This document shows, piece by piece, positions 1-7,273 of a DNA stretch of 59,711 nucleotides (its first letter is position 1; every line of letters begins with the position of its first letter). The stretch is from Vicinamibacteria bacterium (GTDB taxonomy: Bacteria > Acidobacteriota > Vicinamibacteria > Vicinamibacterales > CAVVIG01): assembly GCA_041476545.1 (NCBI GenBank), contig JBGOTP010000001.1, positions 1 to 59,711 of the forward strand. Reading direction: 5' to 3'. Under the pieces are notes generated by a model. That model saw only the letters and a list, made by a program, of their open reading frames with translations. It had not been told where the DNA came from and ran no database searches. Position numbers and translations under genes: made by a program.

Positions 1-1022
1 CCACCCGGCATGTTCTCGGTGGCCGGCACGATGCCGACGACGCGGATTGGCGCCCCGAGCAGCCCGATTGCACGCATCGCACAGGCGACAGCGGCGCCGC
101 CCGCCATGTCGTCCTTCATTTTCTCCATGCCGTCGGCCGGCTTGATGGAGATGCCGCCGGTATCGAACGTGACCCCTTTGCCGACGAGCCCGAGTACTGG
201 ACCCACCGCGACGCCGGGCGGGTCGTGGCGAAAGACCATGAGCCGTGGAGGCTCGCTGCTGCCGCGAGCGACGCCGAGGAGCAGACCCATCCCGAGAGCC
301 TCGATCTGCTTCTCGTCCAGGATCTCGACCTTGACGCCTCCCCCGCCGGCGATATCGCCGGCCCGCCGCGCAAACTCGCGGGGCGTCAGCGTGTTTCCAG
401 GCTCGTTGGCAAGTTCGCGGGCGAGGTTACTGCACTCGCCGAGCAATTGTCCTCGGGCGACGGCTCCCTCGACGCGCACCTGGCTTTCCGGTGACGTATC
501 CGGGAGCCCCTGGAGCACGATCGTGCACGCGGCCACCGGCGGCGGAATGGGTTCTCCCGTTTGATAGCTCGCCGCATTGAATGCCGCCAGGACGAATCCT
601 TCGGCCACTGCCTGCGCAAAGCCAGCCACGTCGACGTCGCCCGAAGAGTCCGCCACACCCGGACGCAGCACGATCCCGATGCGTGTGGCCCGTCGCTGAC
701 GACTCGCCAATGCGGCCACCGTCGCCAGACGCCGGACGAGGGCGCTACTGAAGTCTCCAGCCGGCCCCGCTCCCACAAGCGCGACGCGCTTCGCTTTCCA
801 TGCACTGTCGACGATGGGCGTGACGAACAGATCGAAGGGCCGCGACGCGAACTCTTTCGACGACAGCGCGCGCGCGATTTCCCCGCCGGTGGCCTGATTC
901 AGCGGACCAAACGCGCCCAGTCCCTCGCCTTCGAACCACGGCACAACGAGGATGTCGACCTCCACGAGGGAGAGCGGAGCGGCGGTGCAGGATAGAGACG
1001 AGGAATTCACCAATGCGGACAT
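1..1022 (-). CDS. pepA: Leucyl aminopeptidase, M17 family (3' end cut by window edge)
   Basis: Not in the ORF track because it runs off the left edge. Reading the minus strand from ATG (1022-1020) gives [12 protein letters not shown]...[83 protein letters not shown]. This is the M17 catalytic-core signature. Confidence 0.85.
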   Translation of the reverse strand, partial: [340 protein letters not shown]

Positions 1023-1045
1023 CGGACTATTATCACTGAGGCGGG

Positions 1046-1074
1046 TTGCCCGCCAACAGCGCGGCCCGTACAAT
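1046..1074 (+). promoter_or_regulatory. Candidate sigma70-type promoter (TTGCCC-17 nt-TACAAT) for the gene starting at 1110
   Basis: TTGCCC at 1046-1051, 17-nt spacer, TACAAT at 1069-1074. A GAGGAG Shine-Dalgarno lies about 8 nt before ATG 1110. Confidence 0.4.
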
Positions 1075-1109
1075 GTGTGCAGACAGGCCAGATTCCGAGG
1101 AGACAAGAA

Positions 1110-1568
1110 ATGAGCCTCATGCCAACTGCCACGCGCGTCCTGGCGGCGTCTCTGGTGTTCGTCATCGCCCTGGCGACGGCGCCGGCGGGGCAGAAGAGTG
1201 ACAAGGCGAAGGCGCCGGACCCCAAGCGCCCAAAAATCAATCTCAAGGCACGCCCGGATGTCGGCATCGCGCCGGTGAAGATTGTCTTCACCGCTGAACT
1301 CTCCGGGGGCTCGGACGATTTCGAGGAGTACTACTGTCCGACAACGGTCTGGGAGTGGGGCGACGGCACGGTCTCGGAATCGAGCGTCGACTGCCCGCCG
1401 TACGAGGCCGGCAAGAGCCAGATCAAACGGCGCGATACGGCCGAGCACACCTACAAGAAGTCCGGACGCATCCGTGTGTATGTCAGCTTGAAGCACCGCG
1501 ACAAGGAAGTCGCGGCCGCCGGCGTCAACATCACCGTGCAGCCGGGCGGATTGGATAACTCAAATTAG
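1110..1568 (+). CDS. Secreted hypothetical protein, PKD/Ig-like fold suspected
   Basis: Internal ATG of track ORF 1077..1568, preceded by an SD. MSLMPTATRVLAASLVFVIALATAPAG looks like a signal peptide. WEWGDGT...HTY resembles the PKD-domain WxFGDG...HxY pattern. Confidence 0.6.
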   Translation: MSLMPTATRVLAASLVFVIALATAPAGQKSDKAKAPDPKRPKINLKARPDVGIAPVKIVFTAELSGGSDDFEEYYCPTTVWEWGDGTVSESSVDCPPYEAGKSQIKRRDTAEHTYKKSGRIRVYVSLKHRDKEVAAAGVNITVQPGGLDNSN

Positions 1569-1590
1569 CTTTCAGCTCTCGGCTTTCAGC
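1568..1590. repeat. GCTTTCAGC-TCTCG-GCTTTCAGC short direct repeat
   Basis: Exact 9-mer twice (1568-1576, 1582-1590), starting on the stop codon of the upstream gene. The same architecture recurs at 17674-17710. Confidence 0.7.
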
Positions 1591-1645
1591 GTCCTTCGTG
1601 TCTCCGTGGTTGAGTCTGTCCTTTTTACTTTTTACTTCTTACTTT

Positions 1646-2320
1646 TCACTTTGGAGGCGCCAGTCTCTTCAACTCCTCATTGAAGTGCTGGACGACGATG
1701 ACGGTGGGCGGCGCGGCGGTCGCATCGCTGCCGGGCGCTTTGACCATCACGAAGCGCCGGCCGTCGGGCGAGACATCGTAGGTCCGGCCGCCTGTTCCGG
1801 TTCCCGCGTCGTAACGCGGCTCGAGCAGTTTTGTCACCGCGCCTGCATTCCACGTCGTCGGCGTGGCCTCGACCGGCACGCGCATCAGCGCGCCGTCCGC
1901 GCCAAAGAAGAACAGCTCTTTGCCATCGTGCGCCCAGACCGGGGTCTTGCCTCCGGCCGTGGAGATCTGCCATTGCCCGGCTGCCGTGTTCGGGAACGGC
2001 CGCACGTAGATCTCTGACCGACCCGTGTTATCGGCGCCGTACGCCAGCCACCGCCCATCGGGCGAGACGACCCCGTCGCGCTCGTCAAACTTCGTCTGCA
2101 GGAGCGGTGTGATCTTCGAAGGCTTCGAGCCGTCGAGCGTGAGCGCCATCAGGTCGCGGGCCATCGTCGGCGTCACTTCATGGAACACGACCGTTCCGTC
2201 CGGCGCGCTGCCGTTGGGGGCCTGTGTATTGGCGCCGGTCGTCAGCCGCTCGGCCATGCCGGTCCCGTCGGCCGCCTGCCACCAGAGGTTGAACGCCCCC
2301 CCGCGTTGCGACGTATACAC
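1646..2320 (-). CDS. TolB-like beta-propeller repeat protein; in-frame continuation of the kinase gene upstream
   Basis: Track ORF of 224 aa (GTG start) with SPDGRWLAY, DGTVVFH and similar propeller repeats. It is in the same reading frame as 2423..4606 and separated only by the TAG at 2423-2425. Confidence 0.7.
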   Translation of the reverse strand: MYTSQRGGAFNLWWQAADGTGMAERLTTGANTQAPNGSAPDGTVVFHEVTPTMARDLMALTLDGSKPSKITPLLQTKFDERDGVVSPDGRWLAYGADNTGRSEIYVRPFPNTAAGQWQISTAGGKTPVWAHDGKELFFFGADGALMRVPVEATPTTWNAGAVTKLLEPRYDAGTGTGGRTYDVSPDGRRFVMVKAPGSDATAAPPTVIVVQHFNEELKRLAPPK

Positions 2321-2422
2321 GATGCGGCGTCCGTCCGGCGTCCAGTTGGGATACTGGTCCGACGCCGGATCGAAGGTCAGCCGCGTCAGCGTGAGCCTCC
2401 GCAGGTCCCAGACCCAGATGTC

Positions 2423-4606
2423 CTACTCCTGGTCCGCGATGTACAACGCGAGGCGCGTCCCGTCCGGCGAAACACGCGCCTGCTGGTAAAAACGCCGCGG
2501 CGCCGCGATGGGCTCTTCTTTCCCCGTCCGGTCGACCCACACGAGTGCGCGCTCCGTGGCAACGGCGGTGGTTCCCGGCGCGTCCACATACACGAGGGTT
2601 CCATCGGTGGCGACCGTGAAATCGCCCGCGCCAACGGCGGTCGTGACTAGCCGCGGCACAACCGGAACCGCCGGGCCGAGCACCGCGAGACGACCGGCGT
2701 CGAAGGGCACCGCCCGGAGCGTGCCCCCGGCGGTGTACACGAGATGACCTTCCCGTCCGCGATTCGGTGAGCCGCTCCCGCTCGCGACAAACTGCGCGTG
2801 GCTCCCGCCCCGCACGAGGACCGTCTGCGTATTCGTGTCGAGATTGAGAACCGCGATTGACGAGGCATCGGGGCCGCCGTTTTGCGCGGCGATCGTGAAG
2901 AGCACCGCCCGGCCCCCGGGCAGGACCTCGGGAAACACGTGATCGGCTTCGCCACGCGCGGTGTCCGGTTTCGTCACCACAGTTGGCGCACCACCGCCGG
3001 CCGGGATGCGCTGCAAGCCGGTGGTGGGACTTGACGTCGCGAAGACGATGGTGTCGTCGGCCAGCCAGGTCGCTCCCCGCGACACGCCGTCGAAAGTCGC
3101 CAGGGCGATTGCCGGGCCGCCGGAGATTGCCACCTTCTTGAGCGTCGTGGTGTCGCCGAAGCCGACCCACTGGCCGTCTGGCGAAATGAACGGGGTGTGC
3201 ACACGGGTGCCGCTGGCAATGACGGCGGGCTCGAGCGCGTCGAGCGACCGGGCGAAGAGCTGCGTGTTGTTATTGCCGACGTAGACGACGCGCGAGCCGT
3301 CGGGGGTGATCGCGAGATCGCGACTGGCGCCGCTGATCGCCAGCGCCGCCGGGCCGGATGCCGTGATCGTCGTGCGCGTGACGCGCGGCGCGATCGGGCG
3401 CGTCGCGAACCAGACGGCCGCGCCGACAATGGCGCTTGCGCCCACCGCCACGGCCGCCAGAACGGCGACGCGTCGCAATTTCGCGCCTCGGGTCGCGACT
3501 GCCGTCGGCGGAGTCTGTTGGGCCGCAGCTCCCGCGGCCGGCTCCGCGTCGAACGCGCCTTCCAGTGCAAGGCGCACGTCGCCCATGTCTCGAATACGCT
3601 GACGCGGGTCCTTCGCCAGACATCGTCGAAGCAGGCGCTGAACGCCCGGCGGCGTCGAGGAGGGAAGCGCGGCCCAGTCGGGCTCCTTCATCAGCACGGT
3701 CGCAAGGGTCATCGAGAGGTCGTTGGCCTCGTCGTTCGACGCCGCGCCCGACGACCCGGGACCGAAGGCGCGCCGGCCCGTCAGCAGCTCGAAGAGGACT
3801 GCGCCGAAGGCCCAGATGTCGGCGCGCTTGTCCACCGTCTTCCCGCGTGCCTGCTCCGGCGCCATGTAGGCGGCAGTGCCGAGGATCATCCCCATCTGCG
3901 TCATGGCGGGTGTCGTAATCGTTGGCGACATCGAGAGGCTTTCCTTACCCGCCCCACCCGGCCCACCTGCCCCTTCCATCGCCTTCGCCAACCCGAAGTC
4001 CAGCACCTTCACGGTGCCGTCGGGCCGGACTTTGATGTTGGCGGGCTTGAGATCGCGATGGACGATCCCCTGCTCGTGGGCGGCTTCAAGCGCGTCCGCG
4101 ATCTGCTTCGCGACTGGCAGCACTTCGTCCAGCGGCAGCCCGGCTTGCCCCGCTGAAGCGCCCGAGGCGCGGAGGTGGGAGCCCTTCGCCTTGCGCCCTT
4201 CGATGTGCTGTGACAGATCCTCACATTCGACAAGCTCCATCACCAGGAACGGAACACCCCGACTTTCTTCCAGTGGCGCTGGGGCCCCACCCCCAGCGCG
4301 AACTGACGCCGACACCTCGCCTCGGATCTCCCCTTCCTCGGCTCGGTGTGGCCGCAGGCGCTCCTGATGTTCCAGTCCGTAGATGGCCGCGATATTCGGA
4401 TGATTGAGCGACGCGAGGACTTCGGCTTCGCGCTGAAAGCGCGCCAGTCGATCGGGGTCCGACGCCACCGACGGCGGGAGGACCTTGATGGCGACCTGCC
4501 GTTTCAGCTTTGTGTCTGTCGCGCGATAGACCTGTCCCATGCCGCCTTCGCCGATCTGGGCGGTGACTTCGTAAACGCCGAGGCGGGTGCCGGGAGTGAG
4601 AGACAA
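2423..4606 (-). CDS. Ser/Thr protein kinase with TM segment and TolB-like beta-propeller repeats
   Basis: Hanks-kinase motifs GEGGMGQVY, VAIKVL, HRDLKPANIKV, DFGLAK, MAPEQ. TM helix VAVLAAVAVGASAIVGAAVWF. Then SPDG/DG..V repeats. Ends at a TAG in the middle of a repeat. Confidence 0.85.
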   Translation of the reverse strand: MSLTPGTRLGVYEVTAQIGEGGMGQVYRATDTKLKRQVAIKVLPPSVASDPDRLARFQREAEVLASLNHPNIAAIYGLEHQERLRPHRAEEGEIRGEVSASVRAGGGAPAPLEESRGVPFLVMELVECEDLSQHIEGRKAKGSHLRASGASAGQAGLPLDEVLPVAKQIADALEAAHEQGIVHRDLKPANIKVRPDGTVKVLDFGLAKAMEGAGGPGGAGKESLSMSPTITTPAMTQMGMILGTAAYMAPEQARGKTVDKRADIWAFGAVLFELLTGRRAFGPGSSGAASNDEANDLSMTLATVLMKEPDWAALPSSTPPGVQRLLRRCLAKDPRQRIRDMGDVRLALEGAFDAEPAAGAAAQQTPPTAVATRGAKLRRVAVLAAVAVGASAIVGAAVWFATRPIAPRVTRTTITASGPAALAISGASRDLAITPDGSRVVYVGNNNTQLFARSLDALEPAVIASGTRVHTPFISPDGQWVGFGDTTTLKKVAISGGPAIALATFDGVSRGATWLADDTIVFATSSPTTGLQRIPAGGGAPTVVTKPDTARGEADHVFPEVLPGGRAVLFTIAAQNGGPDASSIAVLNLDTNTQTVLVRGGSHAQFVASGSGSPNRGREGHLVYTAGGTLRAVPFDAGRLAVLGPAVPVVPRLVTTAVGAGDFTVATDGTLVYVDAPGTTAVATERALVWVDRTGKEEPIAAPRRFYQQARVSPDGTRLALYIADQE

Positions 4607-4702
4607 AGGTCGTCGTGATTATACGGGCCAGGCCGCGCGGACGCGCGGTTTCTTCGAAACCCGGGGACGACCACAGAGTCACGAAAGGGCTACAATTCCC
4701 GG

Positions 4703-4912
4703 ATGCCGTCGACGCGCGATGCGTTCCGCACGACGCTCGACCTGTTCAACACGGGTTTGGACCTCATGCGCCAGAATCTGCGGCGAACGCACCCTCAGGC
4801 GAATGAGGAGGAAATCGACCGCCGACTCCAGCAGTGGCTCCGAGAGCGCCCGGGTGCGGAAGCGGGCGATTGCCCCGGCCGGCCTGTGGACTTGAGCGCC
4901 AGACTCGGGTGA
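4703..4912 (+). CDS. Small helical protein, putative partner (antitoxin-like) of the downstream nucleotidyltransferase
   Basis: 69-aa ORF. Its TGA (4910-4912) overlaps the GTG (4909-4911) of the next gene, a GTGA translational-coupling junction. Confidence 0.55.
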   Translation: MPSTRDAFRTTLDLFNTGLDLMRQNLRRTHPQANEEEIDRRLQQWLRERPGAEAGDCPGRPVDLSARLG

Positions 4913-5499
4913 CATCGCTCGAAGGCGCACTACGCAGGATCAGCACCGAGCTCACTGGAGCTCACGTCCCGTTCGCGCTCGTTGGCGGCTTGGCCGTCTC
5001 CGTTCGAACCGAGCCCCGGTTCACACGCGATGCGGATCTGGCCGTCGCACTGGCCACCGATGCAGAGGCCGAAGCGCTCATTCACAGTCTTCGAACCCGT
5101 CACTACGGGATCGAGGCCGTCGTCGAGCAGGAAGCCGTCGGACGGCTCGCGACCGTGAGACTCACACTCTCGGGTGAGTCCGGAGCGCCAGTTGTCGATC
5201 TCTTATTCGCTTCGTCCGGAATCGAGTCGGAAGTGGTGGCCGATGCCGAACCGATCGACCTCCTGCCGCAGTTGACGATTGGCGTCGCGCGAATCGGGCA
5301 CCTGATCGCGCTGAAGATCCTTTCAAGAGACGACGTAAGGCGTCCGCAGGATCTCGTGGACCTGCGAGCGTTGCTCCGGGTCGCCTCGCCAGGCGAGCTC
5401 ACGCGGGCAAGACAGGCCCTCACCCTGATCGCAGCCCGCGGATACCATCGAGGCCGCGATCTCCCGTCGGAGATGAACAGGCTGTTCTCTCCCGGTTAA
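4909..5499 (+). CDS. Nucleotidyltransferase-fold protein (AbiEii/DUF1814-like minimal NTase)
   Basis: From GTG 4909: VTSLEGALRRISTELTGAHVPFALVGGLAVSVRTEPRFTRDADLAV... This has the hGG..A...R.T.D.D NTase motif. I reject the 25-codon N-terminal extension of the track ORF (4834). Confidence 0.65.
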   Translation: MTSLEGALRRISTELTGAHVPFALVGGLAVSVRTEPRFTRDADLAVALATDAEAEALIHSLRTRHYGIEAVVEQEAVGRLATVRLTLSGESGAPVVDLLFASSGIESEVVADAEPIDLLPQLTIGVARIGHLIALKILSRDDVRRPQDLVDLRALLRVASPGELTRARQALTLIAARGYHRGRDLPSEMNRLFSPG

Positions 5500-5579
5500 G
5501 TGGCCTCGGGGAGCGGCCAGGACCGAGTGGACGTGAATCCCGAGACGTTCGGCGCGCACGGACGTGGCACAATCGCACC

Positions 5580-5693
5580 GTGGACTTCGCAGGCGAATTG
5601 GACGCCGCCGTGGCGTTCCTGACCCAGGGTGGGTTTCGCGTCGCCGTGATCGGCGGCGTGGCCCTTGCCGGGGCTCGAGGAGCGGTGGAATGA
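5580..5693 (+). pseudogene. Possible remnant of a second NTase N-terminus
   Basis: My translation from GTG 5580 is VDFAGELDAAVAFLTQGGFRVAVIGGVALAGARGAVE*. It resembles the N-terminus and GG motif of the 4909 gene but stops before the D.D motif. Confidence 0.25.
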
Positions 5694-5905
5694 ACTTACA
5701 CGGACATCCTGACACGGACGCGATCGACCTCGCGCGCGACGTGCCGACGACCGCCGAAGACGTGGCGATGCTCGGTCGATTGCGGCGTGAGACGCCGTCG
5801 TGGTTCTCACTCACGCCCGCGGAGTTCGAGGCGCTCATCCCGGAAGGCGCGCTTGATCGGTGCCCGGTGACGCGACCTGACGCTCGACCCTTCACGCTGC
5901 CCTGA
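5690..5905 (+). CDS. Hypothetical 71-aa protein
   Basis: Internal ATG of track ORF 5564..5905 (MNLHGHPDTDAIDLARDVPTTAEDVAMLGRLRRETPSWFSLTPAEFEALIP...). The ATG overlaps the TGA of the upstream fragment (ATGA). The Arg-rich N-terminal part of the track ORF looks non-coding. Confidence 0.4.
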   Translation: MNLHGHPDTDAIDLARDVPTTAEDVAMLGRLRRETPSWFSLTPAEFEALIPEGALDRCPVTRPDARPFTLP

Positions 5906-6011
5906 CGCGTCGAGTCCGCTGCCTCCGTGCGACCACGTTGAGCCCATCAGACCGAGAGCAGGCATTTCTCAGACCACCCATGCTATTCTCTACCAGGAGG
6001 AGATAACAGGA

Positions 6012-6239
6012 ATGCCCACCAAGGTCAATGTTGTCCTGGACGACGACGTGAAGGCCGACCTTGATCGCCTCGTCGAGAGCGGGAAACGGAGCCGTGTCAT
6101 CAACGACGCCTTGCGGCGCGCAATCCACCTGATGAGCAGGCGCGCCGCCGGCGCCCGCCTCGACAAGATCCGGACGACGACGAAATCCGTGGCCACCGCC
6201 GACATTGTGAGGCTCGTTCGGCGCGACCGGGGCCGGTAA
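6012..6239 (+). CDS. vapB: Type II antitoxin, ribbon-helix-helix (VapB/CopG-like)
   Basis: 75 aa. MPTKVNVVLDDDVKADLDRLVESGKRSRVINDALRRAI is an RHH pattern. AGGAGG SD upstream. TAATG overlap with the PIN gene. Confidence 0.8.
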   Translation: MPTKVNVVLDDDVKADLDRLVESGKRSRVINDALRRAIHLMSRRAAGARLDKIRTTTKSVATADIVRLVRRDRGR

Positions 6240-6685
6240 TGGCTCCGACCGTGCTCGTGCCCGATGCATCTGTTCTGCTGAAGTGGGTCCTGCGGTCGAA
6301 CGACGAGCCGGATCGCGACCGGGCCCTGGAGCTCAAGACGGCGTGGCTGGACGACGCCTGCGAGCTGGTCGTGCCGAGTCTGTGGGTCTTCGAGGTGGGC
6401 AACATCCTGGGTCTGAAGCATCCGGCCACGGCGGCCGCGTTACTCCAGGCGATGATCGACCTCGGCATCCGCGAAGAAGCGCCGCACGGATACATCGCGA
6501 CGATTGTCAGCCTCATGCGCGGTCACAAGGTGACGTTCTACGATGCCGCGTATCATGCGCTCGCCATCCGCCATCGTGGCACGATGCTCACGGCCGACCG
6601 CGCGTACGTCAAGAAGGCGGCGCGCGCGGGGCACATCAAGCTGCTGAACGATTGGCGCGCGCCTGCAGGGAGCGCCATCTCCTGA
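6239..6685 (+). CDS. vapC: PIN-domain toxin (VapC family)
   Basis: 148 aa. Acidic PIN residues lie in LVPDASVLL, VFEVGN, FYDAAY and LTADRA. Confidence 0.85.
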   Translation: MAPTVLVPDASVLLKWVLRSNDEPDRDRALELKTAWLDDACELVVPSLWVFEVGNILGLKHPATAAALLQAMIDLGIREEAPHGYIATIVSLMRGHKVTFYDAAYHALAIRHRGTMLTADRAYVKKAARAGHIKLLNDWRAPAGSAIS

Positions 6686-6700
6686 GCAGCGGGACTTCCT

Positions 6701-6742
6701 CGATTCCCCGATTACTCGATTCCCCGATTACTCGATTCCCCG
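6701..6742. repeat. Tandem 16-bp repeat CGATTCCCCGATTACT x2.6
   Basis: Units at 6701-6716 and 6717-6732, partial unit at 6733-6742. Spans the convergent junction vapC(+)/JAMM(-) and encodes the last JAMM residues (..GESSNRGIE*). Confidence 0.8.
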
Positions 6743-7116
6743 GTCACCACGAGCGTCACTTCCGTTGACACCCCATTCCCCATCCTGAACAGGCGCGCCT
6801 CAGCCGTGTGTTCGGATCCACCCTCCTCGGTGCCCGCAGCGTCGTCCGCTCGGAGGCTCACAATCAGATACACGTCGTCTGGATACGAGGCTTCGGCGAG
6901 ATCCGTCGGAGACGGTTCGGGCGACGAGTGCGGATGCGAATGATAGAACCCGACTACGCCAAGACCACGCTCACGCGCCACCCGCTGTGCGTCAATGTGG
7001 CCTTTGGGATCCAGCAGGTACCGCGTGGGCTCGTGCGCCACATTGCGGATGCGCACGGCCTCGACGATCTCGTCGTCTGTGCCGACGAGCACGCCGCAGC
7101 ACTCCGCCGGCCGCAC
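6712..7116 (-). CDS. JAMM/MPN+ (Mov34) family metalloprotease
   Basis: The JAMM motif is E..(CG.L.G)...HSHPHSSPEPSPTD (H.H.7S..D). GTG start at 7116. The conserved N-terminal helix appears to extend upstream to 7179 (see findings). Confidence 0.8.
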   Translation of the reverse strand: MRPAECCGVLVGTDDEIVEAVRIRNVAHEPTRYLLDPKGHIDAQRVARERGLGVVGFYHSHPHSSPEPSPTDLAEASYPDDVYLIVSLRADDAAGTEEGGSEHTAEARLFRMGNGVSTEVTLVVTGESSNRGIE

Positions 7117-7229
7117 GTCGCGCGCATGGGCGATGATCGACTCGAGGACGGGGCGGGGAATCGAGAATGCCTGATTCAGTGTTTGGAAGCGTCCGGCTCA
7201 AGTCGGACGCCCTCTTCGAATTCCTGATT

Positions 7230-7256
7230 CTGCGTGCTCTGCGTGCTCTGCGTCTC
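7230..7256. repeat. Tandem 9-mer array CTGCGTGCT CTGCGTGCT CTGCGTCTC
   Basis: Read directly. A sister array (CTGCGTGCT CTGCGGTTT CTGCGGTTA) lies at 44397-44423. Confidence 0.75.
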
Positions 7257-7273
7257 ACGTCGTGAGCAGCGCT

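Noticed and set aside
10-995. Track ORFs 10..564(+), 225..494(+), 386..805(-) and 561..995(+).
   Set aside because: All overlap the minus-strand frame that encodes a clear M17 leucyl aminopeptidase (1..1022, missing from the track because it is open at the window edge). Their translations are Arg/Pro/Ser-rich shadow frames.
2178-4156. Long alternative-frame ORFs (2178..3170 -, 2974..3570 -, 3197..4156 +) inside the kinase/propeller gene.
   Set aside because: Extreme Arg/Gly/His composition typical of off-frame readings in GC-rich DNA. The kinase frame has unambiguous catalytic motifs.
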